IMG/VR virus record: IMGVR_UViG_3300050120_000230
Location: 124,001-188,000 of that record
Direction: 5' to 3' (one strand)
Length of the DNA stretch: 64,000 nucleotides
Below, piece by piece: positions 45,404 to 54,640 of the stretch. Position numbers and translations under genes: made by a program. Position 1 is the stretch's first letter. Each line of letters starts with the position of its first letter. Below the pieces are notes generated by a model. The model was given only the letters and a program-made list of their open reading frames with translations, did no database searches and had not been told where the DNA came from.

Positions 45404-45479
45404 GCTGTCTTAGCTCAGTTGGTAGAGCGCCGTATTGGTAATGCGGAGGTGGTGGGTTCGATCCCCGCAGTCAGCACCA
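45404..45479 (+). tRNA. tRNA-Thr(GGT)
   Basis: Cloverleaf, CCA end. Confidence 0.93.
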
Positions 45480-45482
45480 TTT

Positions 45483-45559
45483 CAGGGTATAGCGCAGCAT
45501 GGTAGCGCGTCACGTCGGGAACGTGAAGGTCGCAGGTTCAAATCCTGCTATCCTGACCA
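45483..45559 (+). tRNA. tRNA-Pro(GGG)
   Basis: Loop TC-GGG-AA (C33, A37), CCA end. Confidence 0.88.
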
Positions 45560-45565
45560 ATTAGG

Positions 45566-45871
45566 TCAATCCATACAGAACGGATTGGCGATGTTCGTCA
45601 GCGGCACAGTGTCCAAGATGATCGGGTTTTTGAAGAACTCGGACGTAAATTGATGCGAACCATTCGGGTTCATATATCGACGAGTTGCGGCCGTTTGGGC
45701 TCCCTTGACGGTTTTGAATACGCCGCTGAACCACATGATTTTATCAGCATCGCGTGGTGAGGTAACGCCGTACTGCCAAACGGTCATACCTTTCGGGTGT
45801 TCGATCCCTCTGGCATAGAACTTCTGCTCAATGGGAGCGTCATTCTCCGTGATGATTTCTCTCATACGCAT
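45566..45871 (-). CDS. Hypothetical late protein
   Basis: MRMREIITEND start, CTAAATA at 45877. Confidence 0.65.
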   Translation of the reverse strand: MRMREIITENDAPIEQKFYARGIEHPKGMTVWQYGVTSPRDADKIMWFSGVFKTVKGAQTAATRRYMNPNGSHQFTSEFFKNPIILDTVPLTNIANPFCMD

Positions 45872-45904
45872 ATGAATATTTAGGCCGCATGGCCAAACAG
45901 ACAT

Positions 45905-45981
45905 CGGGGTGTAGCTCAGCTTGATAGAGCATCCGGTTTGGGACCGGAGGGTCGGAGGTTTGAGTCCTCTCGCCCCGACCA
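45905..45981 (+). tRNA. tRNA-Pro(TGG)
   Basis: Loop TT-TGG-GA, CCA end. Confidence 0.92.
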
Positions 45982-46010
45982 ATTCAGAGACCTTCCCAAA
46001 GGGTCTCTAC

Positions 46011-46087
46011 GGTAATGTAGCTCAGTCAGGTAGAGCAGCGGGCTCATAACTCGCGTGTCGCTGGTTCGATCCCAGCCATTACCACCA
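46011..46087 (+). tRNA. tRNA(CAT), elongator Met or Ile2
   Basis: Loop CT-CAT-AA, A73, CCA end. Confidence 0.9.
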
Positions 46088-46088
46088 C

Positions 46089-46163
46089 GGACGATTAACT
46101 CAGCGGTAGAGTGCCTCTATGACATGGAGGAAGCCACTGGTTCGATCCCAGTATCGTCCACCA
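46089..46163 (+). tRNA. tRNA-Val(GAC)
   Basis: Loop AT-GAC-AT, CCA end. Confidence 0.9.
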
Positions 46164-46225
46164 ATTTACTTGACGAAACGCCCGTCCATGAGATCATATG
46201 TTGATCTTGCAAAGGGAGGGCATCC

Positions 46226-46501
46226 ATGACGACTGTGAAACTCTCCGAAGCGGAACACAACGCTCTCTCACTTCTGGTTCGCTCGGGCGGCTCGATCCTC
46301 ACGTCGGCCATTCCCGATAAGAACGAGAAGGACGTGTTTGACAACGTCGAGGCAGGCATCAAGGTCTACGTGAAACTTGAGACCCGTGGTCTGGTTGTCG
46401 TGACCGAGGAAGAGCCGTTCGAACTTGAAGACGGCACCGAGTTCCAGTTCACGAACGAAGTCTACATCACCGACGAAGGTCGGCACGCTATCAACCGCTA
46501 A
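46226..46501 (+). CDS. Hypothetical protein
   Basis: 91 aa, GGAGG RBS. Confidence 0.75.
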   Translation: MTTVKLSEAEHNALSLLVRSGGSILTSAIPDKNEKDVFDNVEAGIKVYVKLETRGLVVVTEEEPFELEDGTEFQFTNEVYITDEGRHAINR

Positions 46502-46564
46502 CAGGCCACATATGGCCTATTAGGCGCCGGAAACGGTTCTAATAGGCCAACTATGGCCTCTTAT

Positions 46565-46639
46565 GCTTGGGTAGCTCAGGGGTAGAGCAGTGGGCTGAAA
46601 ATCCGCGTGTCGTTGGTTCGATTCCAACTCCAAGCACCA
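46565..46639 (+). tRNA. tRNA-Phe(GAA)
   Basis: Loop CT-GAA-AA, CCA end. Confidence 0.93.
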
Positions 46640-46809
46640 TTTTGGTTATTTTGACCGCAAGGTAGATCATACCGCCCGGCCAAAGCAAACCGCCCCACAA
46701 AACTTGGCACAGAAATGTGCACAAGTCGAAGTGGTTGGATTTGATCTCTATGACCTGAAGAAGGCCCCAGAAGATCAATCCAATCAAAGAGTAAACAATC
46801 CATGGGCTC

Positions 46810-47940
46810 ATGCCCATATTTAGAGAGGAACGGTCCCTTGGAGTTTCACGGCTAAGCCCAGAGCGCCTTAATCGGTATCTGGCACTGCAAGATTTGACCG
46901 ACGCATCGTCGGGCGAACACGCAATCAACCTCGTGCTGGACAAGCTGGTAACGGCAATTGAGCAATGGTCGGGCCTCAAGGCAGACATCGTTCGGTCCAC
47001 TCCTATCGTTTCCGTTCGGGACAACTACGACCGGCTCTACTATGAGCCGGACGCGGTCGCACGCTCTGCGCGCTATTCCCACTACGTTGACGATGAGCAC
47101 ATTCTTCGCACCCACACGACGGCGGCCATTCCCGGCCTGCTGACGGAGACCACGGCCGACCGGCTGATGGTTCTACCGGGTCTTGTCTATCGCCGCGATG
47201 TGATGGATCGGATGCATGTGGGAGAACCGCACCAAGTCGATCTCTGGGTCGCTAGGCGGTCAAGGCTCCGTCGTGATGATCTGTTGAAGATGATCGGCGC
47301 GGTTCTCAACGCGATCCTGCCCGGCTGCGAATACCGCTGCAACGAGACAATCCATCCATACACAGTAAATGGCTTGGAGGTCGAGGTTCGTGTGGACGAC
47401 CGGTGGATAGAGGTGCTCGAATGTGGGGAAATCCATCCGTGGCTTTTGAACGACAACGGCTTGCCTAGTCAGGAGTGGTCGGGCTTGGCGATGGGGCTGG
47501 GCCTAGACCGCCTTGTAATGCTCCTGAAGGGCATGGACGACATTCGGCTGCTTCGCAGCACGGATGCTCGTATTGCCCGCCAGATGGCTTCCCTGAGCCC
47601 CTACGAGGCTGTTTCGAACCAACCTATGACCAAGCGGGATATGTCGCTCACGGTGAGTGATCCTGACATCGAATTGATCGGAGATCGCATCCGGGTGGCG
47701 CTCGGTGATCGGGCTGACTGGTTGGAAGAGATCGTGGTCGTTTCGGCATCGAGTTGGGATGAAGTCCCGGCCGTGGCGAGGGAGCGTCTTGGGATGGCGC
47801 CTGAGCACACGAACCTGTTGCTGCGGCTCATCATGCGCTCACCGTCCGAGAGCATTCCGAAAGAGATCGCCAACGAAATCTACGACATAGTCTATGGCGA
47901 GCTTCACGAAGGATCGGCGGGGTATCAGCGTGTATCATAA
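46810..47940 (+). CDS. Single-chain PheRS-alpha-related class II ligase with C-terminal FDX-ACB-like domain
   Basis: LRTHTTA, motif 2 GLVYRRD..DR.H...PHQ.D, HPYT, W.EVLECG..HP, motif 3 GLAMGLGLDRL.ML..G..DIRLL, then RDMS domain. Confidence 0.88.
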   Translation: MPIFREERSLGVSRLSPERLNRYLALQDLTDASSGEHAINLVLDKLVTAIEQWSGLKADIVRSTPIVSVRDNYDRLYYEPDAVARSARYSHYVDDEHILRTHTTAAIPGLLTETTADRLMVLPGLVYRRDVMDRMHVGEPHQVDLWVARRSRLRRDDLLKMIGAVLNAILPGCEYRCNETIHPYTVNGLEVEVRVDDRWIEVLECGEIHPWLLNDNGLPSQEWSGLAMGLGLDRLVMLLKGMDDIRLLRSTDARIARQMASLSPYEAVSNQPMTKRDMSLTVSDPDIELIGDRIRVALGDRADWLEEIVVVSASSWDEVPAVARERLGMAPEHTNLLLRLIMRSPSESIPKEIANEIYDIVYGELHEGSAGYQRVS

Positions 47941-47958
47941 ACAAGACGGGAAGGCCCT

Positions 47959-48088
47959 TAATGCATCGTTTATGATGCACTACGGTCGATTTCACAGTCT
48001 AGTGCATCAGTTTTGATGCATTACGCAATTCGCCAAAAATGACGAGTTATGAACAAAAATAGCCCTAACTCGTCAAAATTGGCGAATT
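47959..48088. repeat. Two nested-palindrome inverted repeats
   Basis: 47959-48023 and 48027-48088; each arm is itself a quasi-palindrome; a third copy of the design lies at 46503-46559. Confidence 0.75.
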
Positions 48089-48090
48089 AT

Positions 48091-48165
48091 GTCGATGTAG
48101 CTTAGTGGCTAAAGCATCCGGTTGAAACCCGGAGATCGGCGGTTCGAACCCGCCCATCGGCACCA
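48091..48165 (+). tRNA. tRNA-Phe(GAA), variant
   Basis: Loop TT-GAA-AC, divergent body, CCA end. Confidence 0.9.
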
Positions 48166-48224
48166 TTATACTTGACCAATAGTCAGACTGCGGTAGATTG
48201 AACTTAAGCAGAAGGAGTCGACCC

Positions 48225-48500
48225 ATGACTGTGCGCGGAAAGTTCAATATAACCCTCGGTGGCGCCATGACGTTCTTGGGTCGTGCGGTAATCGTCGGCG
48301 TGGTCATTGCCTCGATAGGTCTCGTGGTCCATTTGGTCTCATCCGAGATGCATCTGGAACTTCAGAACCGCGAGGCGCGCGGCGTCATGGAAGGTCAGTG
48401 CTCGCAAATGAAGTGGTCGCTGGACACGAACGCCTACAGCAAGGACAACATGCCGATCTACAAGCACGTCTACGCTGAAATCTGCAAGGACGTGAACTAA
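48225..48500 (+). CDS. Small membrane protein
   Basis: AAGGAG RBS, one hydrophobic helix. Confidence 0.7.
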   Translation: MTVRGKFNITLGGAMTFLGRAVIVGVVIASIGLVVHLVSSEMHLELQNREARGVMEGQCSQMKWSLDTNAYSKDNMPIYKHVYAEICKDVN

Positions 48501-48751
48501 AGCCAGAACGTCTTGAAGAGGACGGCATCGCGTTCGTCCTCGAAGCCGATCACCGGCGACGAGACATAGGGTAGGGCGCCATCCGGGTTGTCCGAAAACA
48601 CCTTCGTTTGCTCTTCCCACTCGCCTTTGACGTTGACGATCAGCCATTCACGGACGTGCGGCTGAACCCGGCCGCGACGGCATCGGTTGTTTCTCTCGTC
48701 CGTTTCGAAATTGTATTGCCCAGTCTCGGGCGTCAGTCTGAGCCAGATCAT
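48497..48751 (-). CDS. Hypothetical protein, FxxxxDAxxFKLxW family
   Basis: VREWL..NV...FEDERDAVLFKTFWL. Confidence 0.75.
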   Translation of the reverse strand: MIWLRLTPETGQYNFETDERNNRCRRGRVQPHVREWLIVNVKGEWEEQTKVFSDNPDGALPYVSSPVIGFEDERDAVLFKTFWL

Positions 48752-48768
48752 CTGACATAAATATCGGT

Positions 48769-49083
48769 ATGCGAGATTGGATCAAGCTTTTTGAAGATCA
48801 AGACGATGATGCTCAGGCGCTCTACGCTCGTGAGCATTACATCGAGCACATGATCGTGCACACTTGCGCTCAGGCTGGGATGGACTTGGTCTCTCAGCGG
48901 CCGATCCTCTACGATGAGCAGGACAATCGCACCGCGACCATTCGTGTCGCCGACTCGGTGACGTTGGAGCAACTCGCCAAGATCACGCATCTTGGGTCTG
49001 GTTGGACGATCCTTGGCGCCCCCAATGGGTACGGCGTGAGCGTCCAATTCATCGTCGATCCGAAGCTCGACCTAGGGAAATAA
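48769..49083 (+). CDS. Hypothetical late protein
   Basis: MRDWIKLFED start, ATAAATA at 48757. Confidence 0.7.
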   Translation: MRDWIKLFEDQDDDAQALYAREHYIEHMIVHTCAQAGMDLVSQRPILYDEQDNRTATIRVADSVTLEQLAKITHLGSGWTILGAPNGYGVSVQFIVDPKLDLGK

Positions 49084-49092
49084 CCGCAAGGG

Positions 49093-49295
49093 CTCAGCTA
49101 CTATTCCTGAGAGTCACGCAACCGGTGTAGCTGGTGCGATACTGGTCGGATTATTAACGACTATCACTTCCTGTTTTGGTCGGAAGAACCATGGTTCTCA
49201 GCTATTGTTCCTGAGAGTCACGCAACCCGTATAGTCGGTGCGATACTGGTCGGAATAGTAACAACCATCACTCCCTGTTTGGGTCGGGAGCACCA
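49093..49295 (+). repeat. Tandem 104-nt structured non-coding repeat (2 copies)
   Basis: 49093-49191 and 49197-49295; compensatory stem change CTTCC/GGAAG vs CTCCC/GGGAG. Confidence 0.85.
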
Positions 49296-49369
49296 AGACC
49301 TTTTAATAGCCGATCTAGGTATGTAGGTCAAACAATTTCGTTGACCGAATTTCAAATCACCATGAAACT

Positions 49370-49819
49370 GTGCGGATGGAAGTTTGTCTCATTCGCCCCG
49401 ACCATTTCGACGCCATGGATGACATCCTGAATGGTAATGGGATGCCGCTCGCTCGTGCGTTCCCGCCGACCTATTTCGTGGCGCTGGATAGAGGGGAAGT
49501 CATCGGTGGTGGGGGATACGCCAAGATCAACCCAAGTACGGGCTGGCTGGCGTCTGTGGCCGTCGCCAAGCACCGCAAGCGCACCGGGGTGGGTTCGGCT
49601 GTCGTTGCCGCCAATCTACGCTATGCGGCCGAACGTGGAATGGGGTCGATGTGGCTGGAAACGTATTTCTGGAACAGCCGGTTCTATGAGAGCCTTGGTT
49701 TCGAAGGCATCGCACCCGCCCTCGTCCCGGCTCGCATCAAGGAGTGGAGAACCAAGAAGCACTGCCGCTTCATGGCGAACACTCTATTGCCAGCGCATTT
49801 TGAAATGAAGCGCCTCTGA
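49370..49819 (+). CDS. GNAT acetyltransferase
   Basis: WLASVAV...HRKRTGVGS acetyl-CoA motif; FYESLGF. Confidence 0.88.
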   Translation: MRMEVCLIRPDHFDAMDDILNGNGMPLARAFPPTYFVALDRGEVIGGGGYAKINPSTGWLASVAVAKHRKRTGVGSAVVAANLRYAAERGMGSMWLETYFWNSRFYESLGFEGIAPALVPARIKEWRTKKHCRFMANTLLPAHFEMKRL

Positions 49820-50377
49820 TTCGTTCATGAATTTGAAGACTGCTTTGATCGGATCATCACCGCCGGGTCCGTAACGGCGATACGTCCACTTCGTATGCGG
49901 AGCATGGGCGATCAGCCAATCGCGAAGCTCCGGCGTCATGGTCCCAGTACCATTCGACAGTTCTTCGCGATCTTCGAGGATCACGACACAATCATTGTCG
50001 CCGAAGAAAGGATCAACCATGGTCATCGGTCCTTCGAAGTAAATGTTGCGATGGGAAAAAGAGTTCACCAGCGCATACGTGTTATCTACTGCTTTATAGT
50101 GTTCGATTATGCGATGTGCAAGTTTTGAAATGTCGCTTTCATCCCAAAAACTGATCTCGACTTGCCCCGCCCTAGAAAAATCAACGTCGTAGGCTTTGCG
50201 ATCCGTGTGACGTTTCAGAACATTGTCGTCGAGCCAATTGCGAACCTTGGCGTTCAAACAAAAGATGTGATGAGTTCGATCCTTATCATCGACTACCCAC
50301 CGCCAATGCCCCAATTCTGCTTGAAGCTGATGTGTGAGTTCGAAGACATATCTATGTGGACGATGGCGTCGTCTCAT
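49784..50377 (-). CDS. Hypothetical protein, FxxxxDAxxFKLxW family (two modules)
   Basis: VRNWLDDN / LRDWL..H...FMNESEALHFKMRW. Confidence 0.7.
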   Translation of the reverse strand: MRRRHRPHRYVFELTHQLQAELGHWRWVVDDKDRTHHIFCLNAKVRNWLDDNVLKRHTDRKAYDVDFSRAGQVEISFWDESDISKLAHRIIEHYKAVDNTYALVNSFSHRNIYFEGPMTMVDPFFGDNDCVVILEDREELSNGTGTMTPELRDWLIAHAPHTKWTYRRYGPGGDDPIKAVFKFMNESEALHFKMRWQ

Positions 50378-50715
50378 AGGAACATCAGTTTGAATAGCGC
50401 CGCGTCTTCCTGTCGGAAGAACTCGATAAACAGGTCTCGATTTGTCGTGTCTGCGTCGGACAACACCCCGTAGCGCGTTCTAAACGTCTCGGACGAGTGC
50501 GGTGCATTCCGGCTCTCTCGGCGCTCAGCCGGAACGTTGTCTTCGATCCAACGAAATGCTTTCTCGGCTCTGGGTTTGAACGTGTCATAGTTGCACCGAA
50601 GTCGGAAAACGTTTCCACTCTCGTGCGCTATGTCCGGCGGGGTGAACTCCATCAAAAGCGGAATGTACGGGCAGTAGTACCCGGCTATTTCTTCGTCTTC
50701 GATCTTGACTACCAT
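50374..50715 (-). CDS. Hypothetical protein, FxxxxDAxxFKLxW family
   Basis: FRWIEDNV...FFRQEDAALFKLMF. Confidence 0.65.
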   Translation of the reverse strand: MVVKIEDEEIAGYYCPYIPLLMEFTPPDIAHESGNVFRLRCNYDTFKPRAEKAFRWIEDNVPAERRESRNAPHSSETFRTRYGVLSDADTTNRDLFIEFFRQEDAALFKLMFL

Positions 50716-51650
50716 GTCGTGTTCTTGTCGTCCGCGCCGCACGCCTTCAGCCATTGGAAGAGGGGCACACTGCCATCGTAGAGCATGTTGATATGGTCCG
50801 GCCGATAGTTCGCCAGCGAGATCGGGGGACCAACGCGGCCCGGTTCGGGCGAGATGAGATAGGTCCCGCACATTTGCGGCGGAAGATATTTGTGCAAGCT
50901 GATTTGCGACTGCGGACCATTGCCGCAGCCACCACCGATGTTCATGATGTCTGCGATATGCCACGCCATGGGTTTGCCGAACGGCAACCGCGTGGTTCGA
51001 ATGTTTTCAAGAACGATCAGGTCTCGCGCCGTGATCGACATGTAACGCACACCGTGCATTCTTGCGACGATGCAGACGGAATCGAGCACGATGTTGTATT
51101 CGGTCTGCATCATGGCCCGATGCTCTTCCGAGTATTTGTCGATCAGCAATTGCATCAGGCCATCGGCGCGCTGCTCTCGCGAAAGCGAATCGTGCCATTT
51201 GGAAAAATCTTCACCTCTTTCGTCGATGCGATTCTTGGCGCCGACGAGACGGCCGATCTGAAAGTCCAAGGTCGTGGAAAGGTTGTGTGCGTCGCCGAGA
51301 GCATCATCCAGTTCTTCGAGGAACATGAAAAGTTTGGCGAGCGATTCACCGTTGGTCGCAAACAGTTCAAGGAACTGACGGTTGTGCGAACCTTTTTCGT
51401 GCCCCTCCGCATGAAGCAGGACGGTTTCTTTTCCGAAGTCCGCGCGGAAGGTGCGGGCCATTCGATCCATGCACCAAGGGAAGCCGTTCGTCCAACCGTA
51501 GAGCGGTCGGGGACTACCGTAGCGTTGGCGGTCATCCAGCCATTTGCTGATAATGTTCCACGATCCGTCCTCGCCCATCGCAAGTTTTTGCTGAAGGCTC
51601 AGGCGTTCGTTCAGTCCATATTCGTGGAGCTTTGTGAAGCCATCTCCCAC
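50709..51650 (-). CDS. Hypothetical protein
   Basis: 313-aa ORF in a minus-strand operon. Confidence 0.75.
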   Translation of the reverse strand: MGDGFTKLHEYGLNERLSLQQKLAMGEDGSWNIISKWLDDRQRYGSPRPLYGWTNGFPWCMDRMARTFRADFGKETVLLHAEGHEKGSHNRQFLELFATNGESLAKLFMFLEELDDALGDAHNLSTTLDFQIGRLVGAKNRIDERGEDFSKWHDSLSREQRADGLMQLLIDKYSEEHRAMMQTEYNIVLDSVCIVARMHGVRYMSITARDLIVLENIRTTRLPFGKPMAWHIADIMNIGGGCGNGPQSQISLHKYLPPQMCGTYLISPEPGRVGPPISLANYRPDHINMLYDGSVPLFQWLKACGADDKNTTW

Positions 51651-52102
51651 GAATTGTCTCCTTCAGCGTTGCCGGTAATCAGGTCGGTGAAGAGCATGAC
51701 CAGCGGGACGATATTCTGGTTGGAACAGCCGACCACGAATTGATGGTCCGCATATTCTTTCCCCTTTCTGTCAGTATAAACTTTGGGGACGAAAGCCGCA
51801 ATCAGGATGTCGTTCCCGAGTTTAATCTCGACCCAGCGAGCAAACCGGATGACGGCGAATCCGTTGCCCTTGAGACGCACCGGGCAGGAACCTCGCTCCC
51901 ATTGAATACCGCAAGAGGCGCCACTACCCTGCAAGTTGGTAGATGAAGTGAGGTGCAACAGAAGTCGTGTCCAACTTCCGGCTCGCTGCGTCAACGCATC
52001 TACGGACGTAAAGAGACTTGTCTCTGCATCATCGAGCACGAACACTTCTGGTAGAAATTGCAAAGCCTCAACCACGCGAGGCGGCTTCTTGAAATCCAGC
52101 AT
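51611..52102 (-). CDS. Hypothetical protein
   Basis: 163-aa ORF. Confidence 0.55.
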   Translation of the reverse strand: MLDFKKPPRVVEALQFLPEVFVLDDAETSLFTSVDALTQRAGSWTRLLLHLTSSTNLQGSGASCGIQWERGSCPVRLKGNGFAVIRFARWVEIKLGNDILIAAFVPKVYTDRKGKEYADHQFVVGCSNQNIVPLVMLFTDLITGNAEGDNSWEMASQSSTNMD

Positions 52103-52157
52103 TTGAAATCTTCAAAATATATTGGACAACCTCCGGCGAAATAGTCGGAGGCGTAGA

Positions 52158-52370
52158 TCAACGCGACTTGGTGTAGGTTCCGTCTCCGTGGCGCTCTACG
52201 AAACAGAGCCAGCGAACTTTGCCGTTCCGACAACGGCGAGGCATCCACGCAAATACGTGAAAGCCATAGCATTCAATCGGGCTGCGGATTTCATCATCAC
52301 ACCACGGCGTGCCGATCTTCACTCCGACCGAGTTGTGCTCATCGATGTCGAGCCAGATGAGGTCACTCAT
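52158..52370 (-). CDS. Hypothetical protein
   Basis: Coupled small ORF. Confidence 0.55.
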   Translation of the reverse strand: MSDLIWLDIDEHNSVGVKIGTPWCDDEIRSPIECYGFHVFAWMPRRCRNGKVRWLCFVERHGDGTYTKSR

Positions 52371-52783
52371 ATGGCTGTCTTCGCCAGCATTCGCAGAACG
52401 GCCGCGACGTGATCGGAAGACGCACGACACTTGAACTCGCTCATTCCACCGAGCTTACTCGGATGACTGGCGAGCACCAACGTCTCTCCCTCGTTTCGAG
52501 TGAGCGAAAGGATCAACAATTTCCCGTGGGATCGAGATTGCTCGTTGCCGAATGTGAACACCGTGTGTCGCACGTCGGCGTGCGTGCCGCTGATGTCCCA
52601 GCCCATCCAATTGAGTCGGTCATCCTCGTCGGGAGTGTCCCGCATATGGATGACCAAATTGTCCATGAAGCCGTCCCAGAGGCGCGGGCCTTTTACGGAG
52701 ACACGCTCATCGGTCAGGTCGATGGGAAGGCGTTCGACCGCCTCCATCGTCGTGTCCAGTTCGTCGAGCGTGAAAACTTTCAT
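52367..52783 (-). CDS. Hypothetical protein
   Basis: 138 aa. Confidence 0.7.
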   Translation of the reverse strand: MKVFTLDELDTTMEAVERLPIDLTDERVSVKGPRLWDGFMDNLVIHMRDTPDEDDRLNWMGWDISGTHADVRHTVFTFGNEQSRSHGKLLILSLTRNEGETLVLASHPSKLGGMSEFKCRASSDHVAAVLRMLAKTAI

Positions 52784-52821
52784 ATGGCCAGACTACACAT
52801 CTCGAACTGGTTCACCAAATA

Positions 52822-53049
52822 TTATGACCAGAACAGCTTGAAAAAGAGAGCGTCCTTTTCGAGCGCAAACATCACATCGGGTGGGGCGTCTTTGTTAGGA
52901 CGAAAATACACCGGACCCATGAGATTATCTCGACACCATGCAAGCAGTTCCGGTTTGAGGACAAACGCGTGCCCGCTGAAATATTCCACGCCTTGCTCTG
53001 GCACCACCACCGCCAGAGGATATTCGATATCGTTTTCCTTAAGAAACAT
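52822..53049 (-). CDS. Hypothetical protein, FxxxxDAxxFKLxW family
   Basis: LLAWCRDNL...FALEKDALFFKLFWS. Confidence 0.75.
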   Translation of the reverse strand: MFLKENDIEYPLAVVVPEQGVEYFSGHAFVLKPELLAWCRDNLMGPVYFRPNKDAPPDVMFALEKDALFFKLFWS

Positions 53050-53572
53050 GGCGGGCGAGGATGGGAGGACCGACGCGAGTGATGACCAACATAGTCACCA
53101 GAAGCCCGGCGGACATTAACAGGCACGCAAGAGCAAGATGAGGGTGCCCGGCGCGAACCATCAGAATGTAGTAGACACCGGCCATGAAGACATGCGCGTA
53201 GCGTGTGCGATAGCGAAGCAGCACTGATCGGACAGATCGATAGGCTTCGGCTTTCTTGGTCCCTTGCAATCGTCTGATGGCGAACGGGACCACGCCGAAA
53301 GCACAGATAATGTAGCCAAGACCGATGACCGCGACGACGAGATGAAACCAACATTGGATCGTCACCGGCCATGCGATCCATTTCAGATGCCAGCGTGTTT
53401 CATTGGCGCCGCCGAGCAGCAAGACCATCACGCCAATGCAGCCCCAGAAAAGATTCTGGACATGGGTCGCGCGATCTTTCTGCCGGGCTTCATCGAAACG
53501 TTCCCGCTGCATGTCTTCCGGCATAATTTGCTTGAGGATGCCAGCGAGATGAATGATCGATGCCCGCCTCAT
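53039..53572 (-). CDS. Multi-pass membrane protein
   Basis: About four hydrophobic segments. Confidence 0.7.
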   Translation of the reverse strand: MRRASIIHLAGILKQIMPEDMQRERFDEARQKDRATHVQNLFWGCIGVMVLLLGGANETRWHLKWIAWPVTIQCWFHLVVAVIGLGYIICAFGVVPFAIRRLQGTKKAEAYRSVRSVLLRYRTRYAHVFMAGVYYILMVRAGHPHLALACLLMSAGLLVTMLVITRVGPPILARHVS

Positions 53573-53946
53573 GCCGGGACCAGTGCTTCAACGAGTTCAC
53601 CGATGTGTCGAGCTTCATACGACGCGCACCGACACCGCGCCGCTCGCTCGCGGTCGTCCTGTTGCTCATACAATTCGACGCGAGCGCGTTGGGCGTGCAT
53701 CCGTTCCTTCGCGAGATCGACGATGATTGTCTTCAATTCGGCCGCCGTTTTGGCGCTGATCTTGGAGATCAATTCGACGATGGCGTCCGCCTCCAACGCG
53801 GCGCTCCATTCGGTCTCATAGGAGAACGTGCGGCCCTTGGCGAGGTATCGCAGGGCCTCAACCTCGCTCACGCGTTTTCGCTCGTTGGCGATGCCTAGGG
53901 CGGCCTCTTTGAGCCGTCGCATGTTCAAGGGTCGGCTGGTCGCCAT
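53569..53946 (-). CDS. Hypothetical protein
   Basis: Helical ORF. Confidence 0.6.
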   Translation of the reverse strand: MATSRPLNMRRLKEAALGIANERKRVSEVEALRYLAKGRTFSYETEWSAALEADAIVELISKISAKTAAELKTIIVDLAKERMHAQRARVELYEQQDDRERAARCRCASYEARHIGELVEALVPA

Positions 53947-53953
53947 CCGCGTG

Positions 53954-54640
53954 TTAGGGCCTCTGGTTATGCTGCCGCGTGGTGTATTGCTCGACCAGTT
54001 CGGCGACCATCGCATACAGAATGGGGTCACCATCCTTCAGCGCGGGCAGCAGATCGGCCTTCTCGCTCATCCACTTCCGAGCGAAGCCCGGATCATGTTC
54101 AATGATCGAGGGCGCGTTGGACAGGATGTCGGCCAGCTTGTCCGTTTTCACGTCGGCGTCTTGTTCGGCGGTGTGGACCAGATCGAGCGCCTTGCGTTCG
54201 GCACGATTGCCATCCCACGGCATACTCACGTCGGTCAGACCAGACGTGATCCGTCGAACTTCCAGACCGAACCTGTGCCCATCCACCAAGCCGCCGAATT
54301 CTTCGATCAGGTCCAACGTGATACCCTCGACCAGAATCAGTTTGGCTCCACTCTTCAGGAATTTCGCGGTATCTTTGACCCGAGTGCCGTGTTCGTCGGT
54401 GAAGTAGCGAGTATCTTCAACCAAATCGTGGAACATCATCGCCACTTGCTGGGCGACAGTGATCTTCGACCCGCGTGGCAGCCATTGCAGGATCGCGACG
54501 CACTCAGCCGGGTGAACGATGTAGGGCTCGCCAGAATATTTCCGCATCTGACCCACCGCAGCGTGACCCGCCATAGCGAAGAAGTAAGCCTTCTCCACAC
54601 GGTGGTCGCTCAGACTAGGGGTTTGGTTCCATTGGGTCAT
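53954..54640 (-). CDS. HD-domain (p)ppGpp hydrolase-like protein (SpoT/Mesh1 type)
   Basis: H..GQMRKYSGEPYIVHP...HDLVEDT...KLADILSN. Confidence 0.88.
   Translation of the reverse strand: MTQWNQTPSLSDHRVEKAYFFAMAGHAAVGQMRKYSGEPYIVHPAECVAILQWLPRGSKITVAQQVAMMFHDLVEDTRYFTDEHGTRVKDTAKFLKSGAKLILVEGITLDLIEEFGGLVDGHRFGLEVRRITSGLTDVSMPWDGNRAERKALDLVHTAEQDADVKTDKLADILSNAPSIIEHDPGFARKWMSEKADLLPALKDGDPILYAMVAELVEQYTTRQHNQRP

Noticed and set aside
46551-46811. Hydrophobic minus-strand ORF between tRNA-Phe and the ligase
   Set aside because: It runs antisense through tRNA-Phe with no nearby stop or clear RBS; could be real but is unsupported
49100-49150. CTGAGAG...GATAC as a hammerhead ribozyme core; CTCTCAGG as a glycine riboswitch end
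   Set aside because: G8/A9 and GAAA of the hammerhead core are not matched, and the glycine aptamer GGAGAG..CCGAAG elements are missing
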